This document shows, piece by piece, positions 1 through 9,763 of a DNA stretch of 64,000 nt; the first letter of the stretch is position 1, and the number at the start of each line of letters is the position of its first letter. Position numbers and translations under genes: made by a program. The notes under the pieces are model-generated. The model did not search any database and was not told where the DNA came from. It worked only from the letters and a program-made list of their open reading frames with translations. The stretch comes from Candidatus Zixiibacteriota bacterium (GTDB lineage Bacteria > Zixibacteria > MSB-5A5 > RBG-16-43-9): the NCBI GenBank assembly GCA_030692925.1, contig JAUYBY010000101.1:3663-67662 (forward strand). The letters run 5' to 3'.

Positions 1-160
1 TAAGTCGCACCCGGCCCTGCCCTTTGAGCTCAGCTCGAAAATCAGTTTCTGACTCATCCATACTCCTTACTAACTTTGACAACTCATGGTCCCTAATCTT
101 TCTTCTAATTGAAGACAAAGCCCTTACCTTTCCACTTGACTATGCTTTTTCCTTTGGTCC

Positions 161-1045
161 TTATTTTTTCTCAGTTCCTTTTCCTTCTAAGCCATCAATC
201 CTTTTCTGAACCCAGTCTTTTTCACCCGGGTCTAAAGTCGGATGGTCTTTCAGAAACTGTTTGTACAGTGAGAGAGCCTTGGTCGTATCTGCCATCTTCT
301 CATAAGAATAAGGGATATATTCTTCTGCATCCAAAGCCACTTTGCTTTTTGGAAACTCCTTCACGACCCTCTGGTAAGCTTCGATCGCCTTATCGAACTG
401 CTTTACGTTTCTACCCATATACAGAAGCCCGATGTTAAACAAAGCTTTTGAAGCCTTTTCGGTTTTGTCAGTGGGATCCAGAGAAACAACCTTGTTAAAA
501 CAGGTTACCGCCTGGTCAAATGACCTGCGCTCCTGATATTTTTCACCTAACTTTAACCAGAGCTCTACGTCGTTGGGATTTTGTTTCACCTTGCTCTCAT
601 AATCAGCTAAGGTCCCCTCACCTTTAAGGTATCCTTTAATATATTTGATGAATTCGCCTGAAGTGGCATACCCTACGACCCGATCTATCTCCTCACCTGA
701 AGAGTTAGCCAGAATAACTGTAGGATAACCGTTCACTTTATACCTTTCAGCTAAAGCCGTATCTTTTTCTGCATTGGCTTTGAAGAAGACATAATCCATA
801 GAAAACCGTATCATACTGGTATCGGTAAAGGTGGAATCATCCATCTTTTTACACCACTTGCACCAGTCAGTATAAAAGTCCAAGATCAAATTATTGTTAT
901 TGGACTTGGCTATCTTGGATGCCTCATCAAAATTAGCCACCCAGTTAATCGCTTTGGGGATCTTCTTTGCACAGCTGAAGAAATAAAATGAGATAAAAAG
1001 AATTGAAAATAAAGTAAACCAGTGAGAAATTTCTCTTTTAAACAT
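161..1045 (-). CDS. thioredoxin-fold (CxxC) / TPR-repeat secreted or lipoprotein
   Basis: 294 aa; N-terminal hydrophobic signal with Cys (FFSCAKK); WCKWCK thioredoxin-like CxxC motif; C-terminal TPR-like repeats. Confidence 0.65.
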   Translation of the reverse strand: MFKREISHWFTLFSILFISFYFFSCAKKIPKAINWVANFDEASKIAKSNNNNLILDFYTDWCKWCKKMDDSTFTDTSMIRFSMDYVFFKANAEKDTALAERYKVNGYPTVILANSSGEEIDRVVGYATSGEFIKYIKGYLKGEGTLADYESKVKQNPNDVELWLKLGEKYQERRSFDQAVTCFNKVVSLDPTDKTEKASKALFNIGLLYMGRNVKQFDKAIEAYQRVVKEFPKSKVALDAEEYIPYSYEKMADTTKALSLYKQFLKDHPTLDPGEKDWVQKRIDGLEGKGTEKK

Positions 1046-1147
1046 CCAAACCTCCTCTTTAGTTAAAGTTGTAGCTCAACCCTTTCAGGGTCGCAGTTTT
1101 GTAGGCGAGGCTAATCCCCTCAGCGGACGCACTACGTTTTAACATTC

Positions 1148-1486
1148 CTATAGGTTTCCAACGGTTTGCTCTTTAATGGCTAAGCTTTCCTCGTATTTAT
1201 CCTCCGGCACATACAACCTGTATCCGGGCTGGTCCTTAACCATGTATCCCAGACCACCCTCCAAAAAACTCCCGGTGTAGCTTAAGAAGCAGGGGATATT
1301 GCTATCCTCTAAAGTCTCCTTTAAGAACTCCGCCAGCACCCGGTTAGGAGTGGTGTAAAGCAGAACTAAATTTTTCTCCTCTTCTTCCTGCTCCTCAGGC
1401 AGCTCGTCAACTAAGTCTGCCTCACACTCGGAACATCTCTTGGTGCCGGGAGGATATTCGGTATTGCATAATGGACAGAATGGCAT
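1148..1486 (-). CDS. zinc-ribbon + DUF2007-like (putative signal-transducing) small protein
   Basis: 112 aa; N-terminal CPLC...CSEC zinc ribbon, acidic linker, C-terminal PII-like DUF2007-type region; tandem paralog of next gene. Confidence 0.5.
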   Translation of the reverse strand: MPFCPLCNTEYPPGTKRCSECEADLVDELPEEQEEEEKNLVLLYTTPNRVLAEFLKETLEDSNIPCFLSYTGSFLEGGLGYMVKDQPGYRLYVPEDKYEESLAIKEQTVGNL

Positions 1487-1522
1487 AGACTTTTCGATTT
1501 TTTAAACCTGTTACCTTTTTAT

Positions 1523-1894
1523 TTACAAATTATCTACAATTTGCTCCTTGATTTCGCAACTTTTTTCAAAATCCTCTTCTCTCACAAAGATGCTGACGTC
1601 TGTAAGGGATTGAGGCACCAGAGCTGGTATTAGTCCCATTGATTCCCTCTTGATCAAACAGGGAATCCCGTTCCTCTTCAAAGTCTCTTTTAAAAAGTTA
1701 GCATAAATTAAGTTCCTGCTGACATATAGCAGTTTCAGTTTGGGCTCAATTAAAGCTTTTTCTTCCGATATCTCCAGAGTCGCAACCTTTTTTCTTTTCT
1801 TCTGTTTAAGCTCCGCTACCAGTTTTTTGCCGCAATCCGGACATATCTCTATCGTCGGTTTATATTCATATCTGCATTTAGGACAATACGGCAT
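1523..1894 (-). CDS. zinc-ribbon + DUF2007-like small protein (paralog)
   Basis: 123 aa; CPKC...CPDC zinc ribbon then same C-terminal architecture as 1148-1486. Confidence 0.5.
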   Translation of the reverse strand: MPYCPKCRYEYKPTIEICPDCGKKLVAELKQKKRKKVATLEISEEKALIEPKLKLLYVSRNLIYANFLKETLKRNGIPCLIKRESMGLIPALVPQSLTDVSIFVREEDFEKSCEIKEQIVDNL

Positions 1895-1901
1895 CGATGC
1901 C

Positions 1902-3245
1902 TCATTTGACTATTCCTCTGAGACTTTCTACCAGATAGTCTATCTCCTGTCTGGTTCTCTTTTCAGCAACTGAGATCAGAAGACTGTTTTTGAGTTTTCT
2001 GTCGAACCGGGAAAGGTCGATCCCTGCCAGGATATTTTTCTTCAGAAGTAGTTTTACGACCCTGGAAGCAGGAAATGGAGTTTCCACCACAAACTCCTTG
2101 AAAAACTGCCCTGGGAACTGAAGTTTGAAACCGCCGATCTTGGAAATCTGCTCTGCCGCATAGTGGCTTTTCTGCAGACACAGTTCTGCTACTTTTCTTA
2201 AACCATTTTTGCCTAAAAGAGACAAGTATACCGTAGCGGCTAAGGCACACAGGGCTTCATTCGTGCAGATATTTGAGGTAGCCTTCTCCCGGCGGATATG
2301 CTGTTCCCTGGTCTGCAAAACCAGGACAAAACCTCTTCTTCCTTTAGAATCGACTGTTTCCCCCACAATCCTTCCCGGCATTTTGCGGATGAGACTCTGT
2401 TTGCAGGCGAAGAAACCCAAGAATGGTCCTCCGAAATTAAGGCTGTTCCCTAAAGGCTGACCTTCACCCACTGCGATGTCTGCTCCGTACTCCCCCGGAG
2501 TTTTTAAAATAGCCAGAGAGATAGGGTCACAAACCATAATCAACAAAGCCCCTACAGAATGGACTTTTTTCTCGATCTCCTCTACATTCTCTATCAACCC
2601 ATAGAAATTGGGCGATTGCACGATATAACTAGCGGTCTTAGAGGAAATTTTTGACTCTAAAGACCCGGCCTCCGTTACCCCATCCTTTAGCTCGATCTTC
2701 CTGATTTTTATACCGCCTCTTTCACAATAGGTGCAGAGAACCCTGTAATAATTTGGATTCAGCGAATGCGAGACCAGGATCTCGTTTCTGCCGGTTTCAG
2801 CCAGAGACATGAGAGCCGCCTCAGCCACTGCTGATGCCCCGTCATACATCGATGCGTTGGAAACCTCCATTTCAGTGAGCTGGCAGATAAGAGTCTGGTA
2901 TTCATAAATGCTCTGCAATGTTCCCTGGCTCACCTCTGGCTGATAAGGGGTATAGGCGGTATAAAACTCTGATCTTAGAAGTATGTGGTTCACTACGCTA
3001 GGAATGAAATGGTCATACGCACCCCCGCCTAAAAAACTGATCAGCTTGTCTGTGCCTTTGTTCTTCTCTGATATGTTTTGAAGTAGTTGAACAAGCTCCA
3101 GTTCGGAGATTCCTTTTGGCAGTTTAAGCTCACCCCTTAATCTAATAGACTCCGGCACAGCCTTCAGTAAATCCTGAAATGCTCTGACCCCTATTTTCTC
3201 CAGCATAAGCTTTTGATCATCTTCTGTATTAGGAATATAACCCAT
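1902..3245 (-). CDS. gcvPA: glycine dehydrogenase (decarboxylating) subunit 1
   Basis: 447 aa, typical GcvPA N-terminus and length; adjacent to gcvH. Confidence 0.9.
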   Translation of the reverse strand: MGYIPNTEDDQKLMLEKIGVRAFQDLLKAVPESIRLRGELKLPKGISELELVQLLQNISEKNKGTDKLISFLGGGAYDHFIPSVVNHILLRSEFYTAYTPYQPEVSQGTLQSIYEYQTLICQLTEMEVSNASMYDGASAVAEAALMSLAETGRNEILVSHSLNPNYYRVLCTYCERGGIKIRKIELKDGVTEAGSLESKISSKTASYIVQSPNFYGLIENVEEIEKKVHSVGALLIMVCDPISLAILKTPGEYGADIAVGEGQPLGNSLNFGGPFLGFFACKQSLIRKMPGRIVGETVDSKGRRGFVLVLQTREQHIRREKATSNICTNEALCALAATVYLSLLGKNGLRKVAELCLQKSHYAAEQISKIGGFKLQFPGQFFKEFVVETPFPASRVVKLLLKKNILAGIDLSRFDRKLKNSLLISVAEKRTRQEIDYLVESLRGIVK

Positions 3246-3307
3246 AGGTTTTCTTTTAACTCTTAAGTTATGACCTCAATTTTTTTATTGAAAACAGATG
3301 AGAATAT

Positions 3308-3691
3308 CTATTTCTGTTCTAGCAGTTTTTTATAATCCTCTGCTGAAAGAAGCTTATTGACCTCTGACTGATCCTTGACCTTCACCTTGATAATCCAGCC
3401 TTCGCCGTAAGGGTCCTTATTGATCAACCCCGCCTCTGACTCAAGTTTTGAATTCACTTCCACCACTTCACCTGTTACCGGGGAGAAAAGCTCTGATACG
3501 GCTTTGACTGCCTCGATCACGCCAAAAGATTTCATCTGTTCAACTTTTGTTCCCACCTTGGGCAGCTCCACAAAGACTATATCTCCCAATTCACCCTGAG
3601 CATAATCGGTAATGCCCATGGCGGCGATATCTTTTTCCAATTTTACCCATTCATGCTCCTTGGTATACCTCAGGTCGTCTTTTATAATCAA
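3308..3691 (-). CDS. gcvH: glycine cleavage system H protein
   Basis: 127 aa; lipoyl-lysine region ...IEAVKAVSEL...; textbook GcvH. Confidence 0.9.
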   Translation of the reverse strand: MIIKDDLRYTKEHEWVKLEKDIAAMGITDYAQGELGDIVFVELPKVGTKVEQMKSFGVIEAVKAVSELFSPVTGEVVEVNSKLESEAGLINKDPYGEGWIIKVKVKDQSEVNKLLSAEDYKKLLEQK

Positions 3692-3712
3692 CTTTCCCTC
3701 CTGCTTGAGAAA

Positions 3713-5080
3713 TTAAACGGATATTTTTTCTTTTGAAGTTTCCTTAAACAAGCACTCCACAAAAGATGTGTCATATTCCCCGCTTATAAAATTTGGATTG
3801 GAGAAGACTTTTTTATAAAATGGAATGGTCGTTTTAATTCCCTCCAGGATGAACTCATCTAAAGCTCTCCTCATTTTGAGGATGGACTCCTCCCGTGTAT
3901 CAGCCACCGAGATCAGCTTAGCCACCAGGGAATCGTAATATGGCGGCATCTCATATCCGGCATAAGCATGAGTATCTACCCTGATACCATGCCCGCCTGG
4001 TACATGAAAGCTTTTGATCAAGCCGGGACTGGGCATAAAATCTTTTTCCGGATCTTCCGCATTGATCCGGCACTCGATGGCATGACCTTTAAGGGTTATT
4101 TCGTCTTGAGTCCGGGAAAGCTTCTCACCAGCCGCTATTTTGATCTGTTCTTTTAACAGGTCGATCCCGGTTACCTCTTCAGTTACCGGATGCTCCACCT
4201 GAATCCGGGTATTCATCTCCATAAAATAAAAATTGCCGTTTTTATCTAAAAGAAACTCGATCGTGCCGACGCTCTCGTAACCTATGCGGGAAGCACCCAC
4301 CACTGCCACCCTTCCCATCTCGACTCTTAAGGACGTAGTCAGAGCCGGCGAAGGGGACTCCTCGATCAGCTTCTGATGTCTTCTCTGGATGGTACAGTCC
4401 CTCTCCCCTAAGTGAATCAGATTGCCCTGACTATCACCCATAATCTGAAACTCGATATGCCTGGGATTTAAAATATACTTTTCTATATAGACTTCCGGAT
4501 TACCGAAAGCTGCCTCTGCCTCCATCTTTGCCATTTCATAACCCTTTTTTAGCTCCTCGTCATTCGTCGCTACCCTCATCCCCTTGCCTCCGCCACCTCC
4601 TGCAGCTTTAATCAATAGCGGGTATCCTATTTCAGAAGCCATTTGCTGAGCTTCCTCTATGCTTTTGACCACTCCTTCACTTCCTGGAATAACCGGAATC
4701 CCTGCTTCCTTCATCATTTGCTTGGCAACGGCTTTATCACCCATCAGTCTTATCATCTGTGAGGTAGGTCCGATGAATTTTATCTTACAGGACTCGCAGA
4801 TCTCGGCGAAATCAGCATTCTCGGCTAAAAAACCGTATCCCGGATGAATCGCTTCAGCATTGGTCACCTCAGCCGCGCTGATTATCCTTTTTGGATCCAG
4901 ATAGCTTTCCGTAGCTTTCGCCGGACCAATACAAACAGCCTCGTCTGCAAATCTGACATGCAAAGAGTTCACATCCGCATCCGAATGCACAGCCACAGCC
5001 GCGATACCCAGTTCCTTACATGCCCGGATAATCCTTAGGGCTATCTCCCCCCGATTAGCTATCAGTATTTTTTTGAACAA
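3713..5080 (-). CDS. accC: biotin carboxylase (acetyl-CoA carboxylase subunit)
   Basis: 455 aa; [14 protein letters not shown]...; ATP-grasp biotin carboxylase motifs. Confidence 0.9.
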   Translation of the reverse strand: MFKKILIANRGEIALRIIRACKELGIAAVAVHSDADVNSLHVRFADEAVCIGPAKATESYLDPKRIISAAEVTNAEAIHPGYGFLAENADFAEICESCKIKFIGPTSQMIRLMGDKAVAKQMMKEAGIPVIPGSEGVVKSIEEAQQMASEIGYPLLIKAAGGGGGKGMRVATNDEELKKGYEMAKMEAEAAFGNPEVYIEKYILNPRHIEFQIMGDSQGNLIHLGERDCTIQRRHQKLIEESPSPALTTSLRVEMGRVAVVGASRIGYESVGTIEFLLDKNGNFYFMEMNTRIQVEHPVTEEVTGIDLLKEQIKIAAGEKLSRTQDEITLKGHAIECRINAEDPEKDFMPSPGLIKSFHVPGGHGIRVDTHAYAGYEMPPYYDSLVAKLISVADTREESILKMRRALDEFILEGIKTTIPFYKKVFSNPNFISGEYDTSFVECLFKETSKEKISV

Positions 5081-5539
5081 ATATCTTCCTTTCCTGACAT
5101 TTATTCATGTAAATCATAGTTCCAAATTTATCTTTTTTACGATGAAATAGCAAGAGAAATTTAACCTTAGTTTAAGCAGGGATAATTGTACACCGGCAAA
5201 GAAATTTCCAAATCCGCACAGTCTATCTATTCTCTTTTCTTTTGTGAAGAGGGCGGGGAAAAATTATCCCCTCTCCTGTCAGGAGAGGGTCAGGGTGAGG
5301 TCTCTGTATAGAGACGCATCGCCATGCGTCTCTACAAGTTCTCATCCGGAAGCATCTTTGTCACCCGGAAAGGGTCGTGCTACGAAAGCTCGAGATATGT
5401 TATCATCCCGAAAAAAACGATAAAGATAAGACATCTTCTCGATCCGAAAAAGCACTTAAAAATCATTCACAGCTGACAGAACGGATTAAACGGATAAAAA
5501 ATCGATGATTCTCAGCTTAATCCTGTTAATCAGCTGTGA

Positions 5540-5610
5540 GGGATTTTAAAAAAATAGGGGCGTTCAATCCGAGGAACGAATCCGTAGGATCGAACGCCCC
5601 TATAGTTTAA
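5540..5610 (-). terminator. rho-independent terminator downstream of pilT
   Basis: 12-bp perfect stem ataggggcgttc/gaacgcccctat; on minus strand followed by T-run (plus-strand aaaaaaa at 5546-5552). Confidence 0.55.
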
Positions 5611-5624
5611 ATATGTAATTTTTT

Positions 5625-6749
5625 TTATTTTTTCTTCCGTCCCTGCTCGAACTCGTGCCAGCCTCTGTCTGCGGCTCCGGTTATTCCTTTGACCCTTAAC
5701 TCGAAATCGTCCGGGTTGGAGCACTGCTGCATAGCTTCCTCATAGGAGATGAACCCGTCTTTATAGAGCTGCATTATAGACTGGTCAAACGACTGCATCC
5801 CGTATTGAATATTCCCGCTTTCTATCAGCTCGATTATCAGAGGGGTTTTCATCGAGTCAATTATATATTCTCTGATAAGAGCAGTCGAAACCAGAACCTC
5901 GACTGCAGGGACTCTGCCCGGACCGTCTGAACGGGGAAGAAGCCTTTGACAGACAATGGCTTTCAGAGTGGCTGCTAAGAGCAGCCTGATCTGCTGATGC
6001 TGATGAGGAGGGAAAAATGAAATTATCCGGTTTATGGTTTCAATCGCATTTAAAGTATGCAGGGTAGTTAAAACCAGATGACCTGTATCTGCTGCGGTCA
6101 GGGCGATCGACATAGTTTCGAAATCCCTGATCTCTCCTACCAGGATCACGTCCGGATCCTGGCGAAGGGCATGTCTTAAAGCAGTTACAAAGCTCTCTGT
6201 ATCTCCCCCCACCTCTCTCTGACAGATTATGCTTTTGCGATCTTTATGGATATATTCCATCGGGTCTTCAATAGTGAGAATGTTCTCCGAACGGTTAGTA
6301 TTAATATGTTCAATCATAGATGCCAGGGTAGTTGATTTGCCACTCCCGGTTGTTCCGGTAAGGATAATCATCCCTCTACGGTTATTGGCTAACCCCATAC
6401 AAGCCTTGGGAAGGTTCAATTCTTCAAACGTCGGAACCAGGGTGTGCACAGTTCTCAGAGCGATCCCCACTGTTCCCCTCTGGCGATAGAAGTTAATCCT
6501 GAATCTTCCCATTTTGGAAATGCTTAAAGCTAAATCCAGTTCGTTTCTTTTTAAAAATCTTTCTTTCTGCTCCTCTGTCAGTATCTGCTTCATTACTTCA
6601 TCCATATCCGCCTGAGTCAAGACCTCAGCCTCTAACGAAATAAGCGCCCCATCCACTCTGATAGTGGGCTTTACGCCTACCCTGAGGTGCAAATCAGATG
6701 CTTTCTTGGCGAGAACCTCTGCCAGCATCTGTTTTAAATTCATCGCCAT
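5625..6749 (-). CDS. pilT: type IV pilus retraction ATPase PilT
   Basis: 374 aa; Walker A GTTGSGKSTT, PilT/PilU family signature. Confidence 0.85.
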   Translation of the reverse strand: MAMNLKQMLAEVLAKKASDLHLRVGVKPTIRVDGALISLEAEVLTQADMDEVMKQILTEEQKERFLKRNELDLALSISKMGRFRINFYRQRGTVGIALRTVHTLVPTFEELNLPKACMGLANNRRGMIILTGTTGSGKSTTLASMIEHINTNRSENILTIEDPMEYIHKDRKSIICQREVGGDTESFVTALRHALRQDPDVILVGEIRDFETMSIALTAADTGHLVLTTLHTLNAIETINRIISFFPPHQHQQIRLLLAATLKAIVCQRLLPRSDGPGRVPAVEVLVSTALIREYIIDSMKTPLIIELIESGNIQYGMQSFDQSIMQLYKDGFISYEEAMQQCSNPDDFELRVKGITGAADRGWHEFEQGRKKK

Positions 6750-6858
6750 TTTGACCTCCTCAATCTGATGCTACTTCATTCTCTATTTTCGGCTGAATTA
6801 GACTACAGCTTAATATCTTCCAGATTGATTCTTTTGTGGGAAAATAATCTGAGGAGTT

Positions 6859-6944
6859 GGAGTGTAAACCTTCAGGTTTACCGAGAAATCCGTGTCATTC
6901 TAACTAAGCTTTAAGGGAATGGTAAAACTAAAGTTTTACACTCC
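6859..6944. repeat. palindromic intergenic element, family 1 (GGAGTGTAAAC...GTTTACACTCC termini)
   Basis: terminal inverted repeats ggagtgtaaacc / ttttacactcc; related copies at 7049-7090 (partial), 12016-12091, 18882-18905 (partial), 19836-19896. Confidence 0.7.
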
Positions 6945-7105
6945 AGATTCAGGGCGTAGGTCAACCATGTCCAGAGGACTGGTTGACGATTCAGTCAAAC
7001 ATAAGAAAAAATGGTGTCAGGAGATAACTCCTGACACCACAGAGAAAAAGGTAAAGCTAAAGTCACCAGGATCTTGAGACTTTACACTCCAAATTCTGGT
7101 AATTC

Positions 7106-7594
7106 TTACAAAGGCTCGATCAGGAAAAGGGTCTGTCCGAATTCGATTGGTTTTCCATTTTCTACCAGAATCTTGACTACCCTTCCAGCTACTTCAGATT
7201 CTATCTCATTCATCAGTTTCATCGCTTCAACGACGCAGACTACCTGTCCGGCGCTTATTATCTGCCCGATCTCTGCGTAGGGTTTAGCTCCGGGCGCTGG
7301 CGCCCGGTAGAAGGTTCCCACCATCGGGGACTTGATCGGGGTCAAGTTGCCTTCCGCCTCCTCCGGCTTGATAACTTCCACTGAAACTGATGCTGGCTCA
7401 TCTTTGACCGGTGTTGCGGCTACCCTTTCCGCTGGAGACGGCTGGTTCACAATTAAGTGCGACGAGCTGTGAGGATTCTGATGGTTTACCCTTCTTGTAA
7501 TCCTGATCTTTCTGCCCCAGGTAGTCACCTCCAGCTCATCAATGTTGCTTTCCTCTACTATCCTGATTAATTTTCTAATTTTCGACTCTAACAT
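7106..7594 (-). CDS. accB: biotin carboxyl carrier protein
   Basis: 162 aa; EAMKLMN biotinyl-lysine motif, Pro/Ala-rich linker. Confidence 0.85.
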   Translation of the reverse strand: MLESKIRKLIRIVEESNIDELEVTTWGRKIRITRRVNHQNPHSSSHLIVNQPSPAERVAATPVKDEPASVSVEVIKPEEAEGNLTPIKSPMVGTFYRAPAPGAKPYAEIGQIISAGQVVCVVEAMKLMNEIESEVAGRVVKILVENGKPIEFGQTLFLIEPL

Positions 7595-7689
7595 ATTTAC
7601 CCCTTTCTCAAAAGGGTTACTGTAAATTTATTGAGACTTTTACCTTTTATAGCTTTTCGGATTTCACTCCATCAAAAATTAGAGATATC

Positions 7690-8763
7690 TTAAGATATCT
7701 CTAATAGCTCTCTGTCTATATGTGTTAAAATCTTACAGCCATTTCTGGTTATGAGCACGTCATCCTCAATCCTCACTCCTCCCCATCCTGGAATATACAC
7801 ACCAGGCTCGATGGTTATGACCATACCGGGCTTGAGTACCTCCTGGCTTTTGGTATTTATTCCAGGTGAATCATGCACTAACAGCCCTATGCCGTGTCCC
7901 AATCCATGACCAAAATATTTCTGGTATCCGGCTTTTTTTATAATATCCCGTGCTTTTCGGTCTAATTCAAATCCTTTCATCCCGGAGCGAGCCTCTTCAA
8001 TGGCTCTGGTTTGAGCTTTTAGAACCAGGTTATAAATCTTTTTTTGCCTGGGAGTGGCATTTCCCAAAACTACTGTCCGGGTTATATCGCACACGTAACC
8101 ATCGTAAGAGGCACCAAAATCCAGGGTCACGAATTCCCCCTTTTTCAGTGTTTTAGAAGAAGCCCTGGCATGCGGCATGGCCGATCTTAAGCCAGAAGCA
8201 ACAATTGGCTCAAAAGCAGAGCCGGTTCCTCCATTCCTTTTGATTCTGTATTCAAGCTCCGCCGCAATGTCCGATTCTTTTGTCCCTGGTCTAAGGAATG
8301 GCAATATCTCCTGATAGGCTTTCGCGCTTATGTCTGCCGCCTTTGCAATCTTTTTTATCTCGTCTTCATCTTTGGTGACCAGTAAGGATTCAACCAGATT
8401 CTCAGTCGGCACCCAGAGGACCTGAGGCAAAAGTGTTTTGAGCCTTTGATATAATTGAAAGGTAAGATATTTCTCTTCAAATCCTGCTTTAATCCTTTTT
8501 CCTTTCAGCAGGTTGATCTCAGGAAGGAAGGAGAATAGCTCTTTCTGGGCAATTTTTATCTCTGCACCTTTGACTTCTTTTTTTACCTGTTCCTTATATC
8601 TGAAGTCAGTCAGGAAAACAGCTTTATCCTTGGATATCAGGAGGATTCCGTTAGAGCCGGTGAATCCGCAAAGATACCTTATATTGGGGAGAGAGGTTAC
8701 CAGCAGGAGGTCCAGGTTTTCCTGATTCAGTTTTTCCCTTATCCTTTCAATCCTTTCTTTCAC
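7690..8763 (-). CDS. Xaa-Pro aminopeptidase / M24 family peptidase
   Basis: 357 aa; creatinase N-domain plus M24 metal ligands (HGLGHGIGL..., EPG). Confidence 0.8.
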   Translation of the reverse strand: MKERIERIREKLNQENLDLLLVTSLPNIRYLCGFTGSNGILLISKDKAVFLTDFRYKEQVKKEVKGAEIKIAQKELFSFLPEINLLKGKRIKAGFEEKYLTFQLYQRLKTLLPQVLWVPTENLVESLLVTKDEDEIKKIAKAADISAKAYQEILPFLRPGTKESDIAAELEYRIKRNGGTGSAFEPIVASGLRSAMPHARASSKTLKKGEFVTLDFGASYDGYVCDITRTVVLGNATPRQKKIYNLVLKAQTRAIEEARSGMKGFELDRKARDIIKKAGYQKYFGHGLGHGIGLLVHDSPGINTKSQEVLKPGMVITIEPGVYIPGWGGVRIEDDVLITRNGCKILTHIDRELLEIS

Positions 8764-8772
8764 TTTAAGTTC

Positions 8773-8964
8773 TTACTCGCTTTTTAACTTTTTCTCCAAT
8801 TCCTCAACTTTTCTAGCTATCTCTATGTTAGCTGGATCTTTTGCAAGAATTCTTCTGTAGATCTCTAATCCTTCTTTATATCTTTTAGCCTGGATATAGA
8901 TCTCCGCCATCGTAGCGGTCTCTATATACTTCTTCTCTTCCAGACTTTTATCATCCTTCTCCAT
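8773..8964 (-). CDS. small TPR-like hypothetical protein
   Basis: 63 aa, single TPR-like helix pair; weak. Confidence 0.3.
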   Translation of the reverse strand: MEKDDKSLEEKKYIETATMAEIYIQAKRYKEGLEIYRRILAKDPANIEIARKVEELEKKLKSE

Positions 8965-9092
8965 TTAAAGAAAAAAATAAGCCTAACTCGGAATCTGTTG
9001 CCTTTAATGTTTTTAGAATAACATCTGAGATTGAAGCTGTCAAGAAAAAAAAGAGAAAACAAGGATTCTTCTTTTCTACCGTAGGATTAACC

Positions 9093-9572
9093 CTAACTAC
9101 GAAATCTACTCACAATAGTTTGGATGATATTTCTGGTGGATTTCCCCTCAGTCATTTTTATGCTCAGGACTTTTCCGCCATGAGACTCTACTATATCTTT
9201 ACCCACGATGTCTTTTACTTTCCAATCCCCTCCTTTGGCTAAAATATCGGGGATCAATTTAGAGATCAGCTTCAACGGAGTTAGCTCATTAAAAATGCAG
9301 ACATAATCCACGAAATAGAGTGAAGCTAAAATTACGGCTCTATCTGCTTGACCCTGGATTGGTCTACCTTCTCCTTTTATTTTTTTGACTGAAGAGTCAC
9401 TATTTAATCCCACTATCAGGATATCCCCTAATTTTTTTGCTTTTTTGAGATACTCGATATGCCCCCGGTGCAGAAGGTCAAAGCATCCATTGGTGAAAAC
9501 CACTTTTTTATTTTCTTTCTTAGCTTTCTTTCTAATCTGAATTAGTTCTTGTAACTTGACTATCTTTCCCAT
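9093..9572 (-). CDS. rfaE2: D-glycero-beta-D-manno-heptose 1-phosphate adenylyltransferase (HldE C-terminal domain as separate gene)
   Basis: 159 aa; cytidylyltransferase motif FTNGCFDLLHRGH. Confidence 0.8.
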   Translation of the reverse strand: MGKIVKLQELIQIRKKAKKENKKVVFTNGCFDLLHRGHIEYLKKAKKLGDILIVGLNSDSSVKKIKGEGRPIQGQADRAVILASLYFVDYVCIFNELTPLKLISKLIPDILAKGGDWKVKDIVGKDIVESHGGKVLSIKMTEGKSTRNIIQTIVSRFRS

Positions 9573-9763
9573 TGAATAAACCCTCTCTACCTTCTTTGAG
9601 CAGTACTCTGATGAACCTGACCTACAGAGCTGGTTCCGCCAGAGGCGGGATGCCTACGAAAATCAAATTGCTGATCCTCGTAGGTCGGGCACCTTGCCCG
9701 ACTTTTTTCCTCTACTTTTTCAGAATTTTCTTATGAAGAATTCATCAGAATCCAAACTAGATT

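Noticed and set aside
1963-2460. ORFs 1963-2250(-) and 2209-2460(+) inside gcvPA
   Set aside because: They are antisense or out-of-frame within a confidently identified gene and have low-complexity composition; the same reasoning applies to other short ORFs embedded in accC, pilT, tldD, AsmA, helicase, etc.
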